A stretch of 64,000 nt of DNA, taken from positions 1,547 through 65,546 of the forward strand of contig JAHJEX010000071.1 in the NCBI GenBank assembly GCA_018825385.1, written 5' to 3'. Positions 18,751 to 27,435 of this stretch are shown piece after piece (position 1 is the stretch's first letter; every line of letters begins with the position of its first letter). Made by a program: the position numbers and the translations under genes. The notes below the pieces were generated by a model, which was not told the origin of the DNA, made no database searches, and saw only the letters and a program-made list of their open reading frames with translations. This DNA comes from Patescibacteria group bacterium. GTDB lineage: Bacteria; Patescibacteriota; Patescibacteriia; UM-FILTER-42-10.

Positions 18751-19542
18751 TCATAATAGTTTTGGAATCTCGGCAACGATGTCTGATGCACTATAATTGT
18801 ATGATACTTTTTTTAGTAGCTTGTCTGCCGCTGCTCCATTCAAGTACGGCCCTGCACAAGCCGACAAAAACAGATCATTTGTGCAAGCAAGGGCCGCAAT
18901 TAAACCGGCTAAAACATCGCCTGTTCCTCCTTTGGTCATGCCCTGATTTCCGGTTATGTTAAATTTTACTAGCTTGGGAGTGGGAGAAGCAATAATATCT
19001 TTCTTCCCTTTCAATACTATTATACACCCAAATCGCTTTGCCATCTTCCGTACATTCAGCTCAGTAGCTTTGAGACCAAAGAGTATTTCAAATTCCTTGT
19101 GGTGAGGGGTAATTATGTGATTTTTATTCAGTAAACTCATATCCACTATTTTTAAAGCATCCGCATCCAATACAAACTTTTTTTGGGGAAATTTTTTAAG
19201 AAGGGCATTTAGCAATTTTCTTTCCTTAGCAGAAGTGCCTAATCCCGGGCCAGCCAATACAACATCTGATTTAATAATATATTCTGGAATATCAATTCTT
19301 GAAATAGTAATAAATTCGAACAGTTTAGGCTTTAGTTTTTTTATTACTCCATAGTTTTCCGAATCGGAAAAAATATATACAAGGTCAACTATCTTTGACG
19401 CGATAGTTGCGGCCAGCAATAATGCTCCGTGGTATTTCTTCGACCCACCTATAATAAAAAGTGAACCATTATCTCCCTTATGCGAACCGGATTTAGGTTT
19501 ATTCAATTTAGTTATTTCGTTTTTACTGACAATATTTTTCAT
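18751..19542 (-). CDS. nnrD: NAD(P)H-hydrate dehydratase (YjeF C-terminal domain)
   Basis: HKGDNG.LFIIGGS..Y.GA, GPGLG, DADAL, TPHHKEF, LKG, KGGTGDVLAG. Confidence 0.9.
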   Translation of the reverse strand: MKNIVSKNEITKLNKPKSGSHKGDNGSLFIIGGSKKYHGALLLAATIASKIVDLVYIFSDSENYGVIKKLKPKLFEFITISRIDIPEYIIKSDVVLAGPGLGTSAKERKLLNALLKKFPQKKFVLDADALKIVDMSLLNKNHIITPHHKEFEILFGLKATELNVRKMAKRFGCIIVLKGKKDIIASPTPKLVKFNITGNQGMTKGGTGDVLAGLIAALACTNDLFLSACAGPYLNGAAADKLLKKVSYNYSASDIVAEIPKLL

Positions 19543-20174
19543 ATCAACTTTTTCAGGTCTTTGATATTGTTGAAAACATGAATATGGTTTGTAATATTTT
19601 CAGGGAAGATTCCTTTTTCCAACATGGCATTATAAATGCTTTCCCAAAAACTGCTGATATAAACCTCCGGCGGAATTAAGCCTTGCTTTTGACTGGATTT
19701 TACATAACCAATTGCGCCGATCATTTCATCTAATGTACCGGTACCACCTTCATACACCACGACATGCGGTGCGGAAACAATCATCATTTTGCGGGTGAAA
19801 TAGTTGCGTACAATTGCCTTCGGGCCATAGGGTATGATTTTGTGATATTCACATGCTATCCCTAACACCATATCCGGTTCTGCCTCGGCAGCCGCAATCA
19901 TGGAACCGTAGTTTTCACCCCCGTTTATAATTACTCCTCCTTTTTTTACTACATATCTTGTAAACTCCGCAACGTCTTGGTAAACCTTATCCTCTGGAGC
20001 AAATGACGCTCCACCACAAATGCTTATCACCAATCCATTGTGGACAATTTCTGCTTCAGCAGGTTTTTTTGTATTTCTAACTACACATTCTCCTTTAGAA
20101 TTTTTTACTTTGCTCTCTTGAATTACGTTTCCAGGAAGTAGCATATTGTTTTCGGGTAGTAAGGATGACGTCAT
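19539..20174 (-). CDS. LOG/SLOG family protein (nucleotide monophosphate nucleosidase-like)
   Basis: ISICGGA, INGG, FTRK, EGGTGTLDE (cf. PGGxGTxxE). Confidence 0.75.
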   Translation of the reverse strand: MTSSLLPENNMLLPGNVIQESKVKNSKGECVVRNTKKPAEAEIVHNGLVISICGGASFAPEDKVYQDVAEFTRYVVKKGGVIINGGENYGSMIAAAEAEPDMVLGIACEYHKIIPYGPKAIVRNYFTRKMMIVSAPHVVVYEGGTGTLDEMIGAIGYVKSSQKQGLIPPEVYISSFWESIYNAMLEKGIFPENITNHIHVFNNIKDLKKLI

Positions 20175-20179
20175 CCTTA

Positions 20180-21133
20180 CTACTCCCTTGTATTAATATC
20201 TGTTAATTCATCTGTAATCAAATCTGAAAGTGAAATCACTTTCAATTGACTAAATTTTTTTTCAGGCGGTAAGGCAATGGAATCAGTTACTACAATCTCT
20301 TCGAGACCGGATTTTTTGAGCCTTTGGATTGCCGGTTCGGATAAAACTGCATGGGTAGCTGCAAAATACATTTTATTTGTACCAAGCTTTTTGAGCAATC
20401 TGACGTTTTCCACTAAAGTTCCGGCTGTGTTTATTTCATCATCAATCATCACAACATTCTTTTTTGCGATATTTGCATTTTTCCCTGATACTGTTTTTCC
20501 CGCCTTTGGTGGGACCCCGCCGTAGGCGGTGGTAAGACTGCTCACTTTATCATGCTTGATTCTAATTTTTTTCATAACTAATAATGGAAGTCCCATGTAT
20601 GATGCAAATTTTCTTGAGCGAGCAATACTCCCTTCATCCGGAGCTACTACAATATCTATATCCTTTTTACGGAAATAGTCCGCAAACAATGAAAACGTAG
20701 ATATTTCTTTAACGGGAATTTTGTAAAATCTCTTTATTGCGGGGCTATGAAGATCAATAACAACAAGTTTATCGATTTTATTCGCTTGTAACAATCTCGC
20801 AATCACCTGAGCCGATACGGCATCCCCCTTTTTAGATTCCCTTTCTTGCCTGCGGTAAGGGTAAAACGACAAAACTACTGTTATTTTTTTCGGCTTTAAC
20901 CGCTTTACTGCATCCAGAATTAAAAACAGCTCTAATACATGTTCGTCTGACGGTATAGAGCCTGATTGCAATATTATGACTTCTTTTCCCTTCACATTCT
21001 CCTGCACATTCACATATTTTTCGCCATCACTGAATTTCTTGATTATAATATTTCCCAGTTCAGTATTCATCTGCTTGGCAATTTTTTTTGCCAGAGGGAT
21101 ATTTGAAGATCCGCTAAGTATAATTTTTTTCAT
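20180..21133 (-). CDS. prs: Ribose-phosphate pyrophosphokinase
   Basis: FSDGE, YPYRRQER, DLHS, VVAPDEG, MIDDEINTAGTL, ATHAVLS, VTDSI. Confidence 0.95.
   Translation of the reverse strand: MKKIILSGSSNIPLAKKIAKQMNTELGNIIIKKFSDGEKYVNVQENVKGKEVIILQSGSIPSDEHVLELFLILDAVKRLKPKKITVVLSFYPYRRQERESKKGDAVSAQVIARLLQANKIDKLVVIDLHSPAIKRFYKIPVKEISTFSLFADYFRKKDIDIVVAPDEGSIARSRKFASYMGLPLLVMKKIRIKHDKVSSLTTAYGGVPPKAGKTVSGKNANIAKKNVVMIDDEINTAGTLVENVRLLKKLGTNKMYFAATHAVLSEPAIQRLKKSGLEEIVVTDSIALPPEKKFSQLKVISLSDLITDELTDINTRE
20498..20530. repeat. Double GC-rich hairpin inserted in frame in prs
   Basis: TCCCGCCTTTGGTGGGA plus CCGCCGTAGGCGG, encoding TAYGGVPPKAG. Confidence 0.7.
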
Positions 21134-21804
21134 TTGCTTGACCCGTTAAAACCTTCTGATCTGGCTATTGCCACAAATTCATCCCATTTTTTTTGATCTT
21201 TTTGCCATATTTTCAGGTTCTTCCAGATATCGTACATATAATTTGCCAGTTTTTTCGAAATATATCCGTTACTAACCATATATTTTACAAGATCATTATG
21301 CCTGACAAAAGAGTGAATAGTTATTTTATTCTTTTCATAAAAAGGAAGATGCCCAACTCCCGCATCATATAGAACCAGAACGTGGTTTACAACCAGACCT
21401 TTTTTTTGGAGCTTTTTTATAAAGCGCTCTTTCGTTTTACCGGTGCCAATTCCGTCATCTACCACCAATACATTTTCTCCTTTTCTGTACAGTCCTTCCA
21501 GCAAAGTTACTATTGAACCGTCTTTTCTTTTCTTTTGTCTAAGATAAATAAATGGTTTGTGGGAAGCAAGAGATACAGCCATAGCTAGCGGGGTTCCTGA
21601 GACCATAGTTCCAGCTACCAAATCAATGTTCTTCCCTTTCATAAACTTCGCAATCTCTTCTGATACAGCCTGCATTTTGTCTGGATGAGAGTAAAGTTTC
21701 TTGCTGGTGATGTAAATAGGAGAAGGTTCGCCAAGTGATCCATAAAACTTTCCAAAAACAAAAAAGCCAAAGTCACTTAATAATTTTGCAATCCGCTTGT
21801 TCAT
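21130..21804 (-). CDS. OPRT-like type I phosphoribosyltransferase
   Basis: AGTMVSGTP; VLVVDDGIGTGKTK. Confidence 0.85.
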   Translation of the reverse strand: MNKRIAKLLSDFGFFVFGKFYGSLGEPSPIYITSKKLYSHPDKMQAVSEEIAKFMKGKNIDLVAGTMVSGTPLAMAVSLASHKPFIYLRQKKRKDGSIVTLLEGLYRKGENVLVVDDGIGTGKTKERFIKKLQKKGLVVNHVLVLYDAGVGHLPFYEKNKITIHSFVRHNDLVKYMVSNGYISKKLANYMYDIWKNLKIWQKDQKKWDEFVAIARSEGFNGSSK

Positions 21805-21884
21805 AAATTAATTTGGTCAATAAACGTACTATACTATTGTAGTATATATTATTAAAAGAATAAAGGAGGAAGAATAGTAAATAT

Positions 21885-22003
21885 TTGCGAGAAATCCCGC
21901 ATATGCGGGATGACGAAGCAATCCCGTTTCAACTCAAAACCTGTTCCGAATAAGGAGCGGGATTGCTTCGTCACTCCTATTTTAAAATAGTAGCTCCTCG
22001 CAA
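21885..22003. repeat. Multi-branched palindromic element (TTGCGAG...CGAAGCAATC / GATTGCTTCG...CTCGCAA type)
   Basis: Outer stem, 16-bp perfect inverted repeat (21911-21926 / 21958-21973), palindromes at 21894-21911 and 21977-21990. Confidence 0.75.
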
Positions 22004-22025
22004 TGGTTACTGCTATTTATCCATT

Positions 22026-22772
22026 TCACAACTCCCTGTTCCTCCTCATTTCATCCACAGCCTCAATGACTTCTTGAGGAATAGGATAGTTTAGTTTCTT
22101 TAATACTTCAAAATAAGTATCCCATTTTGATGCATTTTTGCTCCAGGTTTCAGGATGTTTGGCATAATCAATAAAGTAAGGAAAAATTTCTTCATCAATT
22201 ATTCCTCGTTTATACAAACCTTCAATCAGCTCCTCCCAGGCGAACAAACAATAAATAGGCATGCCGCTGTTTTCTAATTTTTTCCGATCCTCATTTTCCT
22301 GAAAAAATTTAGCCATCGTTTTGAAAATCATTGCCAATGCAACTGTTTCTACTCCATCATGCTTCATATTCTCTATGAACAACTTCTTAGACCCTCCTTT
22401 TGCCATGAGGTCATCTACTAAAATAGCCTTATCACCAGGATTTGCGCCACCAGAAATAAATCTATCATCACCAGTTCCACGCATTTTTTTTCGAATATAA
22501 TTGAAAGGGACCCGTGTCTTATGTGACAGTATTGCGGCTAATGGCATGCCGGCTGTTTCTGCTCCCATTATTATATCAATTCCCTTCCAATCAATTAAAT
22601 TTTTTAATGTATCAGCCAATAAATCCATCAAGTCTGGGTTTGAAAAAGCTCGACGGTTGTCTAGCTGTATAGGAACAGGCCCCACTGTGACTTTGACCGG
22701 ATGTTTTACCACTATATTTGGAGACTTAGCATACAAATCAAATATTTTTTCTTTAGTTTTTTGATCAATCAT
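22026..22772 (-). CDS. OPRT-like type I phosphoribosyltransferase
   Basis: GAETAGMP; YIRKK; ILVDDLMAKGGSK. Confidence 0.85.
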   Translation of the reverse strand: MIDQKTKEKIFDLYAKSPNIVVKHPVKVTVGPVPIQLDNRRAFSNPDLMDLLADTLKNLIDWKGIDIIMGAETAGMPLAAILSHKTRVPFNYIRKKMRGTGDDRFISGGANPGDKAILVDDLMAKGGSKKLFIENMKHDGVETVALAMIFKTMAKFFQENEDRKKLENSGMPIYCLFAWEELIEGLYKRGIIDEEIFPYFIDYAKHPETWSKNASKWDTYFEVLKKLNYPIPQEVIEAVDEMRRNREL

Positions 22773-22913
22773 TTTAGTTGATTCTTAAAAAATGGATAAG
22801 GAAATCGTGAAAAGGCTTCCAGAATCTGTTTTTTGTATTTAATGGTGGTCATATTTTAAGCTTATTTTAGCATAAAATTAGCTAACCCTGCTAGAAGCTA
22901 TTCTCTGTCAGGG

Positions 22914-22942
22914 TTGACAAAATGGGCAATCAGGTATATAAT
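22914..22942 (+). promoter_or_regulatory. Perfect sigma70 promoter
   Basis: TTGACA-17 nt-TATAAT. Confidence 0.75.
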
Positions 22943-23112
22943 GAGCTGTTAAAATAGAATACTGGAGAGAGTAGTAGGCATTCTGTTGCAAGTGATATAT
23001 CATCGTTTTCAATAGAGTGCCTATTTGAATGGCACGTTGACATATAGACCACTTCCGGCTTTGATTTCTATGAAGCTGGCTTAGGAGTTTTCTCTCAATT
23101 GGAGGTTTGCGA

Positions 23113-23679
23113 ATGACGAAGCGTTTGTTTATTCAGGGCGACGGTAATCTCGGTATGGAGCAGGCAGCTACTGCTCAAAGAATCGGCCAGCTCCTAGCTG
23201 CAAAAGGCTGGGAAGCCAACGTGGGGAGTCACGGAGATCTGGTGCCGATCATGATGGAATCCGGCATCCCATGCCACGCACACGTTGCAAAAATGAGGGA
23301 GGATGTTGATTACGGCTGTCTTGCAAGCGTGACCGGCTGTAATCAGCTCGCGAGCGAACTGATTCCCTCATTGCCGACAACCAACGAGGACACCGAGAAG
23401 ATGCTGGCCTGGGGAATTCGCCTTGGCCTGTGGATGTCAACGTCCGACGCCTTCCTGTTCATCGGAGGTGCCGAAGGAACGCTGGCGCATCTCGTGCCCG
23501 TACTGGCATGGAACCGCAAGGCTCTAGCCAAGGAAGGTCGAGCCAAGAAGATCGTCGTGATCGGCTGGACGCGGGAACGAATCCAGGCACTGCAGATGCT
23601 CGGCATCTGCTCACCGTCCGATACTTGGCTCTCGTTTCACTCGAACGAGGAAAGTGTTGTTGAGTTCCTCACTTCGTAA
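23113..23679 (+). CDS. Divergent SLOG/LOG-like protein, GC-rich
   Basis: GGAGG RBS 7 nt before the ATG; AQRIGQLLAAKGW; SDAFLFIGGAEGTLAH. Confidence 0.6.
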   Translation: MTKRLFIQGDGNLGMEQAATAQRIGQLLAAKGWEANVGSHGDLVPIMMESGIPCHAHVAKMREDVDYGCLASVTGCNQLASELIPSLPTTNEDTEKMLAWGIRLGLWMSTSDAFLFIGGAEGTLAHLVPVLAWNRKALAKEGRAKKIVVIGWTRERIQALQMLGICSPSDTWLSFHSNEESVVEFLTS

Positions 23680-23712
23680 ATACATGATCTTTCGCGGAAA
23701 TTACTCCGCACC

Positions 23713-23756
23713 CCCTTACGCATCAAACTGTCTTCGGACGGGGCGATGCGTAAGGG
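23713..23756. terminator. Long hairpin between convergent genes
   Basis: CCCTTACGCATC / GATGCGTAAGGG stem with an inner CTGTC-TTCG-GACGG. Confidence 0.55.
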
Positions 23757-23759
23757 TAT

Positions 23760-24803
23760 TTATTTTGTCAAAACTCTCCTACACCAATCAGCTGTTGCAT
23801 TTTTTTTACTTGTCACTAGTGCTAGTCCTGTTTCTCTTATTCTACTTTCCCACTGAGGCCACTTTTCATAATATGAGCCAGACTTACCATCAGTTCGTGA
23901 GACCATATACACGCCCATCCACATTACAATCCTTTTTACAATTCCTTTAACATGGTACTCTGAGACGCTATGTGATTTCATTGTATTTATGTATGATTTC
24001 ACAAATCTTCTAACAAAGTTACGGCAATCTTTGGTGATCTTCTCTTTTCCTTCTAATGATTTGATAACCCATTGTGCTAAAAAGACGCCATTATCAAGAG
24101 CAGGATCATGATGCATAGTGAAGTCAAAATCTATTGCAGTAAAATCAGTTTGACTGATAAAAATATTTCTGTGCACTGGATCTCCCCAAACAAGAGCTTT
24201 TTTCGTTTTTTTGGTTTGGTTTACAAATTTGTTAATCACACTTCTGTCTACATATTTTTTTACTCCAAATACCAACCAATTCGTCCATAATTTATAGATT
24301 CTTTTCTGCCAAGCTGAATTATCAAACATTGGTGGTGTATTATATGTCTTGCCGTGCAAATTTCCAAAAAAAACGCCAAATTTGTTTGCGAGTTGGTGAT
24401 ATACTTTATCTTTTTCAAATTCTTCAATCAGCATCTTTCTATTTCCTTGAACATCCAGCATTACCGAAATACAATTTTTGTAATCAACATACAAAACATG
24501 GGGTACAATTTTTTTCCCCAACAAAGATTCCAGAAATTTTATTTTTTCGCTCTCGACAACTGTTCTTATTGGCTCAACTTTGATCTCTTTGTTTCTCTTA
24601 ATATGCCCACGGGACTGTTTTAAGTATAGGATTTTTTTACCCTGACTGGTTTGACAATCTGCCCTATAAATAAAACTAGCGTTAGAGTACTTTGTTACTT
24701 CCTTGACGCTTGTAACTTTTTTTAGTTCAAATGGGAACTCTTTTGCAGAATCTTTCAGGAAACGCAGTATATTCTTTTCGTTTAGAATAAGTCTTTTTTT
24801 CAT
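23760..24803 (-). CDS. Protein-kinase-like small-molecule phosphotransferase, methylthioribose kinase/APH-like
   Basis: YLKQS, LHGKT, WGDPVHRNIF, IDFDF, DPALDNG. Confidence 0.7.
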   Translation of the reverse strand: MKKRLILNEKNILRFLKDSAKEFPFELKKVTSVKEVTKYSNASFIYRADCQTSQGKKILYLKQSRGHIKRNKEIKVEPIRTVVESEKIKFLESLLGKKIVPHVLYVDYKNCISVMLDVQGNRKMLIEEFEKDKVYHQLANKFGVFFGNLHGKTYNTPPMFDNSAWQKRIYKLWTNWLVFGVKKYVDRSVINKFVNQTKKTKKALVWGDPVHRNIFISQTDFTAIDFDFTMHHDPALDNGVFLAQWVIKSLEGKEKITKDCRNFVRRFVKSYINTMKSHSVSEYHVKGIVKRIVMWMGVYMVSRTDGKSGSYYEKWPQWESRIRETGLALVTSKKNATADWCRRVLTK

Positions 24804-24848
24804 ATTACATTTATTTTAACTTTTAAAGAGCCTGCTGTAAACCCAAAG

Positions 24849-24883
24849 AAAAAAGGCCTCTCATCCATAAATGGACAGAGGCC
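24849..24883 (-). terminator. Intrinsic terminator after the PHP gene
   Basis: GGCCTCT...AGAGGCC followed by a U tract on the minus strand. Confidence 0.65.
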
Positions 24884-24885
24884 AC

Positions 24886-25803
24886 TCATTCAGCAAGTGC
24901 TGCCAAGAAGATTTCATACTCTTCTCTAGTGAGACCGACTGTTCCCATCTCAACCCCCTCTGGCTTGAAGGAGCCGTGGTCGTCAGATCCACCGGTTACA
25001 ATAAAACCGCAGTCTGTAGCGATATTCAGGAGCTCATGGACCGTCGCATCATCATGCAAGGGATAATGGACTTCAATTCCATCCATCCCGAGATCTCTCC
25101 ACTCGTAGAGCTCCGCTTTTGACGGCATCGTCCTGGGACGTTTTTTAGCCGCCAAATGCGCTGCGACCGATTTTCCACCGGCCTGTCGAATCAACTCTAT
25201 AGATCGTGATAAGAGTATGGTCTTTTTGGGCGGGAGGGTGTTTGCATTGACCACCCGGTCATACGCTTTTCGGAAGGCGCGATAGCTCATCTGAAGCGGG
25301 TCAGGCAGACAACCAGCATTAACAAGCGTCATCTTCAAAGCAGCCTGAGTTACAAGGAGCTGAGTCAGATCAATCTCAGCAAGTCTCTCCCGTGGCACTC
25401 CGGCCGCCAAAGCAAAAACATCTTCAGGATCAATGTGGAGATCATGAACCCGGGCAATGTTTTTGCAGGCTTCTCGTATCCGATTAAGTCGAATACAAGA
25501 TATCCCCGCAAGCGCCTCACTTAACTCACGGCTGTCTGCATCGATGTTATAACCCAGTAGATGAATTTCATGTTCTCCAGCTTGGGACGAAATCTCTACT
25601 CCGGAATGGAAGATGAGGCCATGCTTTTTGGCAGTTGCTTCCGACTCCGCCACTCCTGCCATAGTATCGTGACTAAGAATTGTCAGAGCGCCGATCCCCC
25701 TATGCTTAGCCAGTAGGCAAATTTCCTCCGGACTACGAGAGGAATCATTGCCGGGGTAGTTCCGGTGAATATGCAGATCAGCAAAAATCTTTCGTTTCGA
25801 CAT
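24886..25803 (-). CDS. PHP-domain metal phosphoesterase (TrpH/YciV-like), GC-rich
   Basis: DLHIH, HDT, GVEIS, IHLLGY, AH, DGIEV, TGGSDDHG. Confidence 0.85.
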   Translation of the reverse strand: MSKRKIFADLHIHRNYPGNDSSRSPEEICLLAKHRGIGALTILSHDTMAGVAESEATAKKHGLIFHSGVEISSQAGEHEIHLLGYNIDADSRELSEALAGISCIRLNRIREACKNIARVHDLHIDPEDVFALAAGVPRERLAEIDLTQLLVTQAALKMTLVNAGCLPDPLQMSYRAFRKAYDRVVNANTLPPKKTILLSRSIELIRQAGGKSVAAHLAAKKRPRTMPSKAELYEWRDLGMDGIEVHYPLHDDATVHELLNIATDCGFIVTGGSDDHGSFKPEGVEMGTVGLTREEYEIFLAALAE

Positions 25804-25975
25804 TACGATCCTCCTCTCGCAAACAGGGAAAAGTCAAAGGGCGAATGTCTCTTATGAGACACTGCACAATAGCAATCAATTGCTAGTTTGTCAATATCAT
25901 AACAGACCCTTTAATAAAAAAATCGGGATTATTAGCCCGCCTTTTATAATGATATCTGTAAATCTGAACTGTAAC

Positions 25976-26077
25976 ATAGGTGGCGAGTTTACTCGCCTAG
26001 ATATTTTGCCTTAGTCTATTGCATCAGGAAAACAACCTGTTCTCTCTAATAATCAGGAGAGCAAGCTCTCCACCTAC
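25976..26077. repeat. Second inverted REP-like pair
   Basis: ATAGGTGGCGAG-TTTA-CTCGCC (plus) and GTAGGTGGAGAG-CTTG-CTCTCC (minus). Confidence 0.6.
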
Positions 26078-26083
26078 TGGTTT

Positions 26084-27418
26084 TTATTTTCCTTGTTCAG
26101 GAATTGACAGTCTTACACCTTCATCTTTCACTTCCTGCCATGCATATTTTCCACTGGCCAAATCGCCATAAACCATACCCTGTACTTCAGCATGCCCTTT
26201 TTCTGCCAAAATGTTTTCAAGCTGTACTCCGAAACGAGCAGATTCTGCATCATCCAGACCCATCTTTTCTTTGAAAACGTGTTGAAGGAAGACGCTTAAA
26301 TAAGAGGCCGTAAATCCGTTTCTCTGGAAATCCGCCATTGTTTCCGGCTTATATTTATCTTGTAAAATCTCCTTTGCCAGTGTGCTGACTCTTTGATTAT
26401 TTTTAAGCTCCACCAATAGATCACCTTTTTCCGCTGCAACTCTCAAGGCCGCAATGGCTTTGTACTTGTCTTTCTGATGTACCGCCTCGACAAATATCTC
26501 TATAACTGGCCTTAGTCCTTCATTACTGACCTGTTCCAAGTTTGTTTCCTCTTTATGGATTCTGTCTCTGTCTTCTTCTGAACCTAAGAACTCTTCGATT
26601 AGTTTTGTTCTTTGTACTTCTGGATCTTTGGCAGGCACAGGCATAGGAACAGATTTAGTCAAAACTGGCTCCTCCTGATTCGGCTCTTCAAACATCACGT
26701 GATCAGTAGGAGTAACATTTAATGGAGTGGGAAAATTTGCATAATCGTATATTCTTATCACCTCTTTTAGAATTTCTTTTTCCTTTGGATCAAGGCCGGC
26801 AACTTTCTTACTGTGACTCATATAGTTAATCTCATCAAGTGGATTTTTCAATCCCGGCCGGTCAAAGAAACTGATAAAGTCTCTGATCCAGTTTTCTACG
26901 AGGGGATCTCTTTTATTGCCTCTCTCTGTTTCCAGCTGGTTATTACCTATCCTTTCTTTATTGTTCTGAATTCCTTTTAGCAATTTTGCCCTATCATCTC
27001 CCAATAAATCAAATGGAAATTTATGAAATACAAAATAAGTGTTCAAAACTTTTCTGACATCAATTTTCCATTCAATCGCCCTGACCAGGGAACTCTCTAG
27101 CAGGGCCTGCACCTGATCAGAAGTTCTGACCGGTATAGTAATAATTTCTCCGTAGAGCAGTAAGTCCTGATATTTTTTGTGGAGATCGGGAAAATCAGTT
27201 TCCAGCTCCCCGACAATCGGCGTGAGAGTATTTATAATTTCCACAGAGTCGCCCATCTCACAGAAGAATTCAGGATCCAGAAACGTAACAAAAAGCCGAT
27301 CAAATGTTTCCACCCGCCTTATGTCCCTTACATCAAGCTTCCGAATTTCCTCTAAACTCATCGGAAATATCCGGAGCTTCAGTATATCTTCTCTTTCTGG
27401 AATATTCGATAAATCCAT
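26084..27418 (-). CDS. Hypothetical cytoplasmic protein, last gene of the surface operon
   Basis: 444-aa ORF closely coupled to the upstream gene; no motif recognised. Confidence 0.75.
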   Translation of the reverse strand: MDLSNIPEREDILKLRIFPMSLEEIRKLDVRDIRRVETFDRLFVTFLDPEFFCEMGDSVEIINTLTPIVGELETDFPDLHKKYQDLLLYGEIITIPVRTSDQVQALLESSLVRAIEWKIDVRKVLNTYFVFHKFPFDLLGDDRAKLLKGIQNNKERIGNNQLETERGNKRDPLVENWIRDFISFFDRPGLKNPLDEINYMSHSKKVAGLDPKEKEILKEVIRIYDYANFPTPLNVTPTDHVMFEEPNQEEPVLTKSVPMPVPAKDPEVQRTKLIEEFLGSEEDRDRIHKEETNLEQVSNEGLRPVIEIFVEAVHQKDKYKAIAALRVAAEKGDLLVELKNNQRVSTLAKEILQDKYKPETMADFQRNGFTASYLSVFLQHVFKEKMGLDDAESARFGVQLENILAEKGHAEVQGMVYGDLASGKYAWQEVKDEGVRLSIPEQGK

Positions 27419-27435
27419 TGCAAAATATTAATTTA

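Noticed and set aside
21885-22003. tRNA or CRISPR array
   Set aside because: No T-loop or anticodon arm pattern; no regularly spaced repeats seen anywhere in the window
17347-22772. Assigning pyrE
   Set aside because: Multiple divergent copies with non-canonical motifs and no pyr context
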